Virus record (IMG/VR): IMGVR_UViG_3300005713_000011
Coordinates: 1 to 34,726 of that record
Length of the DNA stretch: 34,726 nt
Direction: 5' to 3' (one strand)
Origin: a virus
Taxonomy: Duplodnaviria > Caudoviricetes
This document shows positions 1 through 8,207 of this stretch, in pieces. The notes beneath the pieces were generated by a model. That model did no database searches, was not told the DNA's origin, and saw nothing but the letters and a program-made list of their open reading frames with translations. The position numbers and the translations under genes were made by a program. The number at the start of each line of letters is the position of its first letter. The stretch's first letter is position 1.

Positions 1-73
1 AAATTGAAACGATCGCAATCGGGCACCGGACAAAAGCCGCACGCCGGAAACGGATCACCAGAAAGGTGCAGCC

Positions 74-838
74 ATGAACGTCGTCACGCCCATACACGCC
101 GCGCGCCTCTCGGCGCACGAATACAAGACCGAGCGCGACGCGATCCGCGAACGCTATGGCGAGTCATCAACCGAAGCCGTTGCACGGCGCGACCAAGCGC
201 TCGCGAAACTGTTTCATCGTTCCGGCTGGACACAAGCTGAACTCGCCAAAGCCGAAGGCAAGACCCAACAATGGGTAAGCTATCACACGCTGTTTGGTCG
301 GTTTTTGTCTTTTACAACCACGGTTGTAAATACCGAAAACTCCACTGCCAAGCTGACCGAGCGACGCTTCCGCCGCTATTGGGACCAAATCGACAAGAGC
401 GAGCTTAACGAGCGCTGCCGGTTCCAGCACGTGCTCCGCCTGATCGGCGAGTCGAGTCTGCGCGGTCCACAACACGAAGCAATTCGCGCGCCGTTGGTCC
501 AACATTTCGCCGACGGCAAATGGCACAAGGCCGACACCATCGCAAAGAAACTCGACACCGACGCCGATCACGTCAACACGATCGTGCAAGGCCTCAAACG
601 TCCATCGATCCAGAATCCCCGCGTCACCATCGAAACACGGCGACACGGACCCGGCTTAGAGCATCGCATTTTTAAACGCGAGCGCACCGTCGGGACCGAT
701 GAACTCGCCACGAAACTCACGCCCATCGTCGAGCGGCTGCAACGACTGAGCAAACAAACGCCCGGAACCATTCCCAACGGTTCCGTTGCCGAGCTTGCTG
801 CAGAATTGCGAAACCTGCTCGACCACTGGCGCGAGTAA
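74..838 (+). CDS. Hypothetical DNA-binding protein with ParB-like HTH
   Basis: 254 aa ORF with AAGG RBS; GWTQAELAKAEGKTQQWVS is HTH-like; a second winged-helix-like segment DGKWHKADTIAKKL. Confidence 0.6.
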   Translation: MNVVTPIHAARLSAHEYKTERDAIRERYGESSTEAVARRDQALAKLFHRSGWTQAELAKAEGKTQQWVSYHTLFGRFLSFTTTVVNTENSTAKLTERRFRRYWDQIDKSELNERCRFQHVLRLIGESSLRGPQHEAIRAPLVQHFADGKWHKADTIAKKLDTDADHVNTIVQGLKRPSIQNPRVTIETRRHGPGLEHRIFKRERTVGTDELATKLTPIVERLQRLSKQTPGTIPNGSVAELAAELRNLLDHWRE

Positions 839-876
839 GGCAACGGCCGTGAAAGCGCGGCGGCCTTGCGCCTTTT
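837..876 (+). terminator. Imperfect hairpin plus T-run (weak terminator or attenuator)
   Basis: AAGGC/GCCTT and GGCCG/CGGCC pairing ending in TTTT, directly after the stop of ORF 74-838. Confidence 0.35.
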
Positions 877-904
877 GCCCCCATTCGCGCCGGGAGTGTC
901 ATCC

Positions 905-1774
905 ATGTTTAGACTTGAAAGTGCGAATTCCATGCCGCTCACAAAGCAAATCGCCGAAGACCATTTTCGCCTTGAGCCATCGCCGACGGAACGTTCGCTC
1001 GATCCGTCGCGGCTGAAATATCTGCATGAGAAAGCACAAGCCAAACAACTCGTGTCGTTCCAATGGGCCCGCGCCAAATGCGGAACTCGCGTCATGCGGA
1101 TGAACGGCCAGCACTCTTCAACAATGCTCACCGAATTGAACGGCGAATTTCCCGAGGGACTCTTCGTTCACTTGGACACTTACACCGTTGACACCGAAGC
1201 CGACCTCGCCTTGCTGTTCCGACAGTTCGACGCGCGCAAATCATCACGCAACGCCAAAGACGTCGCCGGAGCCTATCAAGGTTTGCACGCCGCGCTTAGA
1301 GACGTGCCGCGACCGTTTGCCAAGCTCGCTGTCGAGGGTATCGCGTTCTTTCTTCGGCATGTTGTCGGTTCGCGTTCGCTCGCCGGGGATGATCAATACA
1401 CACTGTTTGATGAAGACAAGTACCACGAGTTTATCCGCTGGTTAGGTTGCGACATTCACAGCGTAAAAACCCCGGAGATGATGCGACCGCCGGTCGCCGC
1501 CGCAATGTATGCAACATTCGAAATCAATGAGACTGCCGCCCGGGAATTCTGGAAACAGGTTGCTCGCGGCGGCGACGAATTCGACGAGAACGCGCCGACA
1601 ACGATACTCGACAATTGGCTCAAGCGCATGAGCGAGCGCGACAGCGCGGCACGGATCAAGCCCGCCCATTACTACCAAGGCGCAATCTTCGCTTGGAACG
1701 CTCACCGCGAAGACAAGCACATTAAGGACATTCGCTCCAACGTCGATAAGGGATTTTTGGAGCCGACGCACTAA
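905..1774 (+). CDS. ParB/Srx-like N-terminal domain protein (DGQHR-like motif)
   Basis: ATG at 905 after GGAG; ERSLDPSRL...MRMNGQHS resembles the NR...DGQHR signature of phage ParB-like proteins. Confidence 0.5.
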   Translation: MFRLESANSMPLTKQIAEDHFRLEPSPTERSLDPSRLKYLHEKAQAKQLVSFQWARAKCGTRVMRMNGQHSSTMLTELNGEFPEGLFVHLDTYTVDTEADLALLFRQFDARKSSRNAKDVAGAYQGLHAALRDVPRPFAKLAVEGIAFFLRHVVGSRSLAGDDQYTLFDEDKYHEFIRWLGCDIHSVKTPEMMRPPVAAAMYATFEINETAAREFWKQVARGGDEFDENAPTTILDNWLKRMSERDSAARIKPAHYYQGAIFAWNAHREDKHIKDIRSNVDKGFLEPTH

Positions 1775-1788
1775 CTGAAAACGCTGGA

Positions 1789-1816
1789 CGCTAGGACGTA
1801 GCTCTACGTCCTAGCG
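1789..1816. repeat. Perfect 13-bp inverted repeat upstream of parB
   Basis: CGCTAGGACGTAG-CT-CTACGTCCTAGCG. Confidence 0.9.
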
Positions 1817-1843
1817 CCGCTCTTTCAATGAGGGAGGAACACC

Positions 1844-3646
1844 TTGGACACCGCCACGCCGAGCACACCCGTTTACGCGATCTCGCAACTCCCGCTCTCG
1901 TCGCTGAGATTCGGACACGAGCACCCGAGCGGCAGAGTGAATGTCCGTGTACCGACCGACGCCGATGCCGAGCGTATGGCGGCATCGATCGGACATGAGG
2001 GAATTTTGCAATCGCTCCTCGTCGTGCCGCACGACGAGCATTTTTATACGGTCATCGGCGGCCGACGCCTCGCCGGTGCCTCGCTCCTTCACAAGCGCGG
2101 CGCGCTCGCCGCCGACGCGCCGGTGCCGTGCATCGTCGCTCCCGATCTCTCGACCGCCGACGCGCTCGCCAAGTCGATCGCGGCCGAAGACTCGCACGTG
2201 CCGCCGCATCCGGTCGACCGTTACGAGTCGTTTGCCGTGCTGCAGCAACGCGGCCTTTCGATTCACGACATCGCCGCGCGCTATTTTCTCGAGCCGCGTA
2301 TCGTGCGCCAATCGCTCGCGCTTGGCGACCTTCACGTCGACATTCGCACCGCATGGCGACGCGGCGAGATTGCACCCGAGGTTGCCCAACTCTTCACGCT
2401 CGCCGATGACGACTCGCACCAAGTGAAGACACTGGACAAGCTCCGCGAGAAATTCGGCGATAAGCTCCGCGACATCGGGCCCGACACCGTGCGCAAATAT
2501 TTTGCGGGCCCGGAAGCCGAAGCGCGCCGCCTCTTGATCTTTGTCGGCCGCGAAAAGTATCTCGCCGACGGCGGCCGGTTGACAGAAGACCTATTCGCCG
2601 GGACCGACGACGCGCCGTCGCACGTCGTGCACGATCCGGCCAAACTGAAGAAGCTTGCGCAAGCTCAACTCGACGCCGATGCCTCCGCGCTCAAGAGCGA
2701 CGGCTGGTCATGGGTCGACACGCAATTGACCGCCGCCGATCTCTCGTCCGGACTCGCGCAAAGGATCGTGATCGAGCAACCGAACTACACCGCCGAGGAA
2801 CGCGCCGAAATCAAACGCATCGACAAGTTGACCGCGCAACTGGACAAGCGCGCGGCCGAGGCTCCCGCCGACGCGATCGACACCCTCGCCCACGAGCGCG
2901 ACGAGCTTTCGCGCGCCAAGCTCAAATACTTCGACGCCGCCGCGTTGCGCACATACACCGCCGCCGAGAAAGCGAAGGCCGGTTGCGTGATCTCGATCGC
3001 GAGCGACGGAACGCTGTCCATCGATCACGGCTTGATCAAACCGGAAGCGAAGGACAAACCGGCCGACGCGCCGAAGCCGGACAAGAAATCGGACAAGCTT
3101 TCCGCCGCCGCGCTCGACGCCGTGCGCAAGGTCCAGAGCGGCGCACTCGCAACCGCATTGCGCGCGAACAAGCACACCGCGCTTGCAACGGTCCTCGCAT
3201 CCGCCGGGACCTCACAAGCGCCGCTCGCTCTTTTCACCGGCGAACCGTCCGGCCGCGCGTTCGGTGCCGCGTTCAATGAATATGTCACCTGGAAAACCGA
3301 CATGCTCGTCGGCGCGTTGATCGATATCTTTGCGCGTGCGCTCGACGTGAAGCCGTGCACCGCCGACGACATCAGTTTTTTAATCGAGTCATGCGACGAG
3401 CTTAAATACTCAAAGGCCGCCGCCGAGGCCTTCGATGCGAAAGCGTATTTCGCGGGATGCTCGAAGGATTATCTTCTCGAGTTGATCGGCGAAGCGCTTG
3501 GCGATGACGAGGTCCGCGAGCGCGCCGACAAACCGCAAAAGACGCTCGCCGCGTTCTGTGTCGATAGCGTTGCCGTCCACAAAGGATGGCTCCCGCCGGA
3601 ATTGCGCGGGCCCTCTTACAAGCTCCAACGAAAGGCGCGCAAATGA
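1844..3646 (+). CDS. parB: ParB/RepB/Spo0J family protein (long alphaproteobacterial mobile-element type)
   Basis: TTG start after GGAGG; NVR...MAASIGHEGILQSLLV...VIGGRRL ParB N-domain; HPVDRYESF followed by an HTH; YLADGG...DLF; C-terminal GWLPPELR. Confidence 0.85.
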   Translation: MDTATPSTPVYAISQLPLSSLRFGHEHPSGRVNVRVPTDADAERMAASIGHEGILQSLLVVPHDEHFYTVIGGRRLAGASLLHKRGALAADAPVPCIVAPDLSTADALAKSIAAEDSHVPPHPVDRYESFAVLQQRGLSIHDIAARYFLEPRIVRQSLALGDLHVDIRTAWRRGEIAPEVAQLFTLADDDSHQVKTLDKLREKFGDKLRDIGPDTVRKYFAGPEAEARRLLIFVGREKYLADGGRLTEDLFAGTDDAPSHVVHDPAKLKKLAQAQLDADASALKSDGWSWVDTQLTAADLSSGLAQRIVIEQPNYTAEERAEIKRIDKLTAQLDKRAAEAPADAIDTLAHERDELSRAKLKYFDAAALRTYTAAEKAKAGCVISIASDGTLSIDHGLIKPEAKDKPADAPKPDKKSDKLSAAALDAVRKVQSGALATALRANKHTALATVLASAGTSQAPLALFTGEPSGRAFGAAFNEYVTWKTDMLVGALIDIFARALDVKPCTADDISFLIESCDELKYSKAAAEAFDAKAYFAGCSKDYLLELIGEALGDDEVRERADKPQKTLAAFCVDSVAVHKGWLPPELRGPSYKLQRKARK

Positions 3647-3828
3647 AATTCACGCTCCCTCAACTCTACCTCATCGAAGACGCTCTCATGTCGCATATCA
3701 AAACGGTTGCCAACTCCGGCCTGGACACAATAACGCGCGTCAGCCGCATCGCCATGCTGATTGATCTCTACGACGATTGTGTCACCGAGCGCGAAAAGGA
3801 AGCAAAAGGAAAAGAGGCCCCAAAATGA
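3643..3828 (+). CDS. Hypothetical protein
   Basis: ATGA overlap with the parB stop; 61 aa. Confidence 0.6.
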   Translation: MKFTLPQLYLIEDALMSHIKTVANSGLDTITRVSRIAMLIDLYDDCVTEREKEAKGKEAPK

Positions 3829-4193
3829 GCCAAGTTGGAAAACATGAACACATGCCGCCGACCGACGAAGCGACGTGCAGCACGTGCCGCGCGTTCGATG
3901 CCCGGCCGCTCGAAATGACGTACCAGGGAATCCCGACGGGCCGCGTCGAGGATCACGGAAGGTGCCGACGGCACGCACCGCGCGAGATGGACTCGCGCGG
4001 GTTCGGCAAGTTCCCCGTGATGCACAAACGCGAATCGTGTTTCGAGCACGTGCCGATTGAACCGCCGACGGACGAGCGTCCCGCGCGCACCGTGCCGCGC
4101 TACGATCACGCCGACGACGCGCTCGCGCTCACGAAAGACAACGGCCACGAAACTCGAGATGCCCGCTACGACTCGACCGGCCCTCGCGGGTAA
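3825..4193 (+). CDS. Hypothetical Cys-containing protein
   Basis: ATGA-coupled; CSTC...GRCRRHAP...FPVM...C pattern seen in small phage proteins. Confidence 0.6.
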   Translation: MSQVGKHEHMPPTDEATCSTCRAFDARPLEMTYQGIPTGRVEDHGRCRRHAPREMDSRGFGKFPVMHKRESCFEHVPIEPPTDERPARTVPRYDHADDALALTKDNGHETRDARYDSTGPRG

Positions 4194-4509
4194 TCCGCTC
4201 GACGCGCCGCGCGCTTGTGGCAAGGTCAAGGCCGTGGCCGAGGCCTTGTCCACAACACAGAGTCACGTTCGCCAATTGGTCGCACGCGGCGACCTCGAAT
4301 CGTTCACGATCGGCAAGCGGAGCGTTCGCATCTATTGGGATTCGGTCGCCGACTATCAGGACCGGAACACCCGGCCCGGGCCGGTCAAAACCGAATCGCT
4401 CAAGCCCCGGGCCAAGCCGTCGGCCGCGTCGACCGCCGCCGCCCGGGCCGCCTATGCGACGCTTCAAGCCGCCGGAATCCTCAAAAAACGCCGTCCCGTG
4501 GGGAAATAG
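4159..4509 (+). CDS. Excisionase-like HTH DNA-binding protein
   Basis: VKAVAEALSTTQSHVRQLVARGDLESFTIGKRSVRIYWDSV matches the Xis/HTH_17 pattern; lies upstream of the integrase. Confidence 0.7.
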   Translation: MPATTRPALAGNPLDAPRACGKVKAVAEALSTTQSHVRQLVARGDLESFTIGKRSVRIYWDSVADYQDRNTRPGPVKTESLKPRAKPSAASTAAARAAYATLQAAGILKKRRPVGK

Positions 4510-4520
4510 CCCCCAGAAGG

Positions 4521-4557
4521 TTGACCACAACCCCCAAAAGTCCTACCAGTTAGGACG
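4521..4557 (+). promoter_or_regulatory. Sigma70-like promoter with overlapping palindromic operator (site 1)
   Basis: TTGACC at 4521; GTCCTA-CCAGT-TAGGAC at 4540-4556 covers the expected -10 position. Confidence 0.7.
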
Positions 4558-4602
4558 TTAAACGGACACACGCTCTAACCGAAGCAAGAGGGAACACACC
4601 CA

Positions 4603-4992
4603 ATGCCCGCAACAAAGCTCTTAAGAGTCTCATTCCTGATCGACCCGGCCCTACTCGGCGATTTCGTGCACGCGTTCTCTGATAAAGTCATCGGATTGGA
4701 AATCACACCGGTGATCAAACTGCCGCACGGCAAGAACATGCCGCGCGCATCCCGCGCCGAGGCCCTCGCCCGCCGCCGCACCTTGCGGGATTTGATCCGC
4801 GACGCCCTCGCCGCCGGTCCGATGTCGCGCGATGATCTCGTCACCAAGCTTGCGGCCGATCATGACGCGAAACAAATCAGACAAGCCGCCTACGCCATGG
4901 CCTCACAAAAAATGGTCACCGCGAAAAACGGTATTCTTGCCTTGCCCGCACCAAAGGGAAAGAACGGCGCGCAACCCTCCACCGGACACTGA
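4603..4992 (+). CDS. Hypothetical protein, possible C-terminal winged helix
   Basis: 129 aa, GAGGG RBS; TLRDLIRDALAAGPMSRDDLVTKL is wHTH-like. Confidence 0.6.
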   Translation: MPATKLLRVSFLIDPALLGDFVHAFSDKVIGLEITPVIKLPHGKNMPRASRAEALARRRTLRDLIRDALAAGPMSRDDLVTKLAADHDAKQIRQAAYAMASQKMVTAKNGILALPAPKGKNGAQPSTGH

Positions 4993-4994
4993 CC

Positions 4995-5303
4995 ATGGCG
5001 GCAATCAAAACTTATAAAACGTACATGTTTCGCGACAAGGACCCGGCCATCGATGAACTGCGGACCATCGTCCAGGATTCGGGTTTGTCTTACGACAAGG
5101 TCAATGCACTTTCCGGCGTCGCCGCGTCGACTCTGTATGCATGGTTTCACGGCGACACCAAGCGCCCGCAAAATTGTTCGCTCGAGGCTGTCGCTCGCGC
5201 TCTGGGGTACAAGCGCGAGTTTGTTGCTATGACAACGTCGCCGCCAAAGCCGAAGCGCGCGCCGAAGAAGAAGACGACGGACGCGAGCGCGTCCGTTCAC
5301 TGA
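4995..5303 (+). CDS. XRE/Cro-C1-type HTH transcriptional regulator
   Basis: ELRTIVQDSGLSYDKVNALSGVAASTLYAWFHGDTKRP...LEAVARALG. Confidence 0.75.
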   Translation: MAAIKTYKTYMFRDKDPAIDELRTIVQDSGLSYDKVNALSGVAASTLYAWFHGDTKRPQNCSLEAVARALGYKREFVAMTTSPPKPKRAPKKKTTDASASVH

Positions 5304-5343
5304 TCAACCCGCAACCGGAAATGAGGGGGCCCTTTTTCCGACC

Positions 5344-5574
5344 ATGACACCGGATCAATTGACCAAGCTTTGTGAATCGATTTACGGCGACGGCTGGCAA
5401 TCCGCGCTCGCGCGTGATCTCGCCGTCGCCGATCGTACCGTCCGCCGCTGGGTTGCGGGAGACTTCAAGATTCCCGACGAAATGGATTCTTGGTTGAAAC
5501 AAATCATCGGCGCACGAATCAAACAGTACCGGAAGGACATCGCACACTTGCAACATTTGGGGGCGAAACTTTGA
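5344..5574 (+). CDS. Small HTH regulator (paralogue of 9570-9800)
   Basis: MTPDQL...WQSALARDLAVADRTVRRWVAGDFKIPDE; its stop overlaps the integrase start (TTGA). Confidence 0.8.
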   Translation: MTPDQLTKLCESIYGDGWQSALARDLAVADRTVRRWVAGDFKIPDEMDSWLKQIIGARIKQYRKDIAHLQHLGAKL

Positions 5575-6863
5575 GGATCGAGAAACACGGCAACGGATTC
5601 CGAACCGAATTCGTGATCAACGGCCAGCGTTACCGGCCGATGCTCTACAAAGAAGACGGCACGTTGTGCACGACCGAGCGCGAAGCCAAGGCCGCCGCAC
5701 CGCGCGCGAAGATCAAATGTGAAGACGAGGCCAAGAACGCGGTCGCGCTCAAGCGTCGGCCGCAACCTGCCGACTATGAACTCGCGCAACTCTTCGCCGC
5801 GCTCAAGCCGACATGGGAGATACGGAAGGACTGGAAAAACAAGCAACGCGCCATTGCGGAACTCATTCACTATTTTTACGAGGTCAAGAACGTGCGCCGC
5901 GTCGCGCAACTTTCCGAAAACGACATCACCGACTACATCACGTGGGCCATGGCGCAACCGATTCCGCGATGGTTCGGCGGGTGCCACCGCGACCCTGACG
6001 CCGACGAGAACGCGCGCTTCTGGGGAGTCCGCTACGATCGGGAAGGGAACGAAAAGCGCCGCGATCCCGCGACGATGAATCAAACCTATCTGACGCCGTT
6101 GCGCTTGGCACTGAAGCACGCCGGACGAATCCGCGACCACGAGGGCGCGTTCGTGTTCCGCAACCTCCCCCACGTGCAGCGCTTGAAGACCTATGACCGC
6201 GAAGCGACGCCGATCCCCGACGAGGTCTTTACCGACATCCTCAATTCCGACGGGCCCTTGCACACCAAGCACGCCGCCATCATTGCCTTGTGCTTCGGGT
6301 TGCGGGAAAGCGAGGTCTTCGACTGCAGGATTAAACAGGTCGAGTTCTCGCCGGTCCCCGGCATCCGGCTTGATCCCAAACGGGTGAAGGAGAAGCGCGG
6401 CCGGTTGCAGCAAGGCTCACCGAAGGCCATGGCGTTCCTCGCCGAGTTGATCACCCAAGCGCGCGCGCGCGGCGTCGAGCATCTGATCACCTGGAAGCGC
6501 GGCCCGAATTGGCCGTGGGCACCGCTCTCGACCTCGGCCGGTGCGTGGAAAAAGATCATGGACGGCATCGAGGCCAAGCACGGTCGGCGCTGGCGCTGGC
6601 ACGACACGCGCGCCGCCTACATCACGCACGTTGCAACGACGAGCGGCCCGGCCGACGCTCAAGTCATGGCCCGCCACGTCTCGGCGCAAACGACGGCGCG
6701 CTATATCGGGATCGTGGATGAACGCCGCCGCGTCGCCGCTGTGAACGCGACCGAACGGCCCTGCCTTGACGCCGTCTTAAAGACGCTCGATCCGGCACCG
6801 GCCGCGACTCCCCCCATGGAGTCCCCCCATGCAAATGTCGTTGCGCTGAAAAAACGCGCTTAA
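5571..6863 (+). CDS. int: Tyrosine recombinase / phage integrase
   Basis: Catalytic motifs GLRESE (R), HDTR (HxxR), MARH, TTARY (Y); N-terminal arm-binding-like segment; probable TTG start at 5571. Confidence 0.92.
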   Translation: MRIEKHGNGFRTEFVINGQRYRPMLYKEDGTLCTTEREAKAAAPRAKIKCEDEAKNAVALKRRPQPADYELAQLFAALKPTWEIRKDWKNKQRAIAELIHYFYEVKNVRRVAQLSENDITDYITWAMAQPIPRWFGGCHRDPDADENARFWGVRYDREGNEKRRDPATMNQTYLTPLRLALKHAGRIRDHEGAFVFRNLPHVQRLKTYDREATPIPDEVFTDILNSDGPLHTKHAAIIALCFGLRESEVFDCRIKQVEFSPVPGIRLDPKRVKEKRGRLQQGSPKAMAFLAELITQARARGVEHLITWKRGPNWPWAPLSTSAGAWKKIMDGIEAKHGRRWRWHDTRAAYITHVATTSGPADAQVMARHVSAQTTARYIGIVDERRRVAAVNATERPCLDAVLKTLDPAPAATPPMESPHANVVALKKRA

Positions 6864-7038
6864 GGCTTGTAAATGCTTAAGAATCGCGCGAGTAAGAATG
6901 TTGTTAGCACGACGTATTGCATTTTGGGCGGACCCCGTAACCCATTGATTCTATTAGTGTCGGTTCGCACGAAAAGACAACGAATCCGGCACAAAACCGG
7001 GGGGAGTCCCCCCCAGAGTCCCCCCACGCTCCCCCCAT
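6806..7038. other. Putative attP: arm-type repeats flanking an AT-richer core with an IHF site
   Basis: Two TCCCCCCA-core repeats at 6806-6830 and three at 7004-7038; TAACCCATTGATT at 6938-6950 is the reverse complement of the WATCAANNNNTTR IHF consensus; directly after int. Confidence 0.75.
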
Positions 7039-7040
7039 AA

Positions 7041-7070
7041 TTGACACTCCCCGCGCGCGCGTTTCACAAC
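7041..7070 (+). promoter_or_regulatory. Possible promoter of the immunity gene (no operator)
   Basis: Perfect TTGACA at 7041-7046 upstream of ORF 7127; the -10 element is weak. Confidence 0.4.
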
Positions 7071-7126
7071 GCCCGCGCGGCCTCATTCTCGACACGGGAC
7101 CAACCAACCCGAAAGGACAGCTTCGA

Positions 7127-7477
7127 ATGGACGTGTTCGTAACCCTCGGGATCATCGTTGCCCTGATCCTCCTCTATTTTTGCCCGACCATGATTGCCGT
7201 CGATCGCCGGGCCCGCCCCCTCGGCCTCGTCGTCCTGCTCAATCTTGTCCTCGGCTGGACCATCGTCGGATGGTTTGCCGCGCTCCTCATTGCCTTGCTC
7301 TCGCCAACCCTGCCCGCGCGGACGACGCGCAACTGCCCGCACTGCGCCGAGCCGATTAAGGTCGAGGCCCGCGTGTGTCCGCACTGCCGGAACGAGGTCC
7401 CCGAACCGCCAGCACCGCCACGGCCGGAACCCGGCCGGGGGTTTATCGCGATCGGCTCACGCCGGGCCGCTCGATGA
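7127..7477 (+). CDS. Superinfection immunity membrane protein (T4 Imm-like) with C-terminal zinc ribbon
   Basis: LYFCPTMIA...LLNLVLGWTIVGWFAALLIAL signature; CPHCAEPIKVEARVCPHC. Confidence 0.85.
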   Translation: MDVFVTLGIIVALILLYFCPTMIAVDRRARPLGLVVLLNLVLGWTIVGWFAALLIALLSPTLPARTTRNCPHCAEPIKVEARVCPHCRNEVPEPPAPPRPEPGRGFIAIGSRRAAR

Positions 7478-7716
7478 ACGAGAAACGGGACGCCCTTCGC
7501 TGGCAATACCGCGTGAGTCAAAACCTCATGGCGCATGCGAGCGAGGCCGCGTTGAAATCCGAACAACTCGCGCGTGAGGAACGCGATCCCGTCAAGAAAG
7601 CCGGACGTGAACTCGACATGCGCTCATGGTCGAGGCTCGCGCTCCTCTACCGCGACGATCGCGACCGCTACGCCGCCGAGCTTCGCGCGATCGGCGTCGA
7701 GCCGCCCGCCCCGTAA
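7474..7716 (+). CDS. Hypothetical protein
   Basis: ATGA-coupled to the immunity gene; 80 aa. Confidence 0.6.
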   Translation: MNEKRDALRWQYRVSQNLMAHASEAALKSEQLAREERDPVKKAGRELDMRSWSRLALLYRDDRDRYAAELRAIGVEPPAP

Positions 7717-7719
7717 AAC

Positions 7720-7885
7720 AGCAAACGACCGGCGCAACCCGTGAGGGCCGCGCCGGTCGTCAGGGGCTTTCCAACAATCAGAGTGAAAAGGCAAGTGCTT
7801 CCCGGATACTGGGGTGATGTCGCCTTTCGTCTTTACGGCGAAGAGTCGCCGCCACTATTCCGGCATGATGCCGGAATTCTTTTTT
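7720..7885 (+). ncRNA. Candidate structured RNA
   Basis: Intergenic run of hairpins: 11-bp stem 7725-7735/7750-7760 capped by CCC-GTGA-GGG, GAAAAGGC...GCCTTTC, GGCGA-AGAG-TCGCC, then a terminator. Confidence 0.35.
7857..7885 (+). terminator. Rho-independent terminator
   Basis: ATTCCGGCA-TGA-TGCCGGAAT followed by TCTTTTTT. Confidence 0.75.
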
Positions 7886-7892
7886 AAGCCGC

Positions 7893-7982
7893 TTGACACG
7901 CTCCCGCCTTATGTCCTAGACAATGGGACACACGACGAGCACGGCATTGACGCCGCCTCGAACCGGGAAAGGAACCCCGCCG
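7893..7982 (+). promoter_or_regulatory. Promoter/operator/leader cassette, copy A (operator site 2)
   Basis: TTGACACG...TGTCCTA-GACAA-TGGGACA...CGAGCACGGCA-TTG-ACGCCGCCTCG...AAAGGA...ATG. Confidence 0.8.
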
Positions 7983-8171
7983 ATGACAACCTCCGCCGCC
8001 TTCACCCTCCGCGCCTACTTCACCGACGGCCACGCCGTCGACCTCTGCGACGAGCATCCGTCGCAAGCGCATGCCGAGCGCGCCGCGTCGCGCTACATGC
8101 GCGACTATTCGGACCCGTGCGGACTCGGCGTTCGCGTCGAGTCGGTCGCGATCATCGCGAAGACTCCCTAA
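7983..8171 (+). CDS. Small hypothetical early protein
   Basis: 62 aa after an AAAGGA RBS, between cassette A and a hairpin. Confidence 0.65.
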   Translation: MTTSAAFTLRAYFTDGHAVDLCDEHPSQAHAERAASRYMRDYSDPCGLGVRVESVAIIAKTP

Positions 8172-8179
8172 CACGATCG

Positions 8180-8207
8180 AGGGACCGGCGAGACATCGCC
8201 GGTCCCT
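8180..8207 (+). terminator. 12-bp hairpin (terminator-like)
   Basis: AGGGACCGGCGA-GACA-TCGCCGGTCCCT, abutting the next -35. Confidence 0.6.

Noticed and set aside
4603-5574. Toxin-antitoxin pair
   Set aside because: No recognisable toxin domain; the genes look like DNA-binding regulators.
6858-6882. CtrA box near attP or elsewhere
   Set aside because: The two TTAA here are not 7 nt apart, and I found no convincing TTAA-N7-TTAA in the intergenic regions I examined.
6864-7000. tRNA gene or tRNA 3' fragment as the att core
   Set aside because: No T-arm plus acceptor-stem pattern or CCA end that I can support.
7061-7085. GTTTCACAACGCCCGCGCGG, loosely like a reversed type I-C CRISPR repeat (possible RNA anti-CRISPR)
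   Set aside because: The match is short and gapped and lacks the full repeat hairpin; chance is likely in GC-rich DNA. ATTGAAAC at 3-10 is likewise too truncated to assess.
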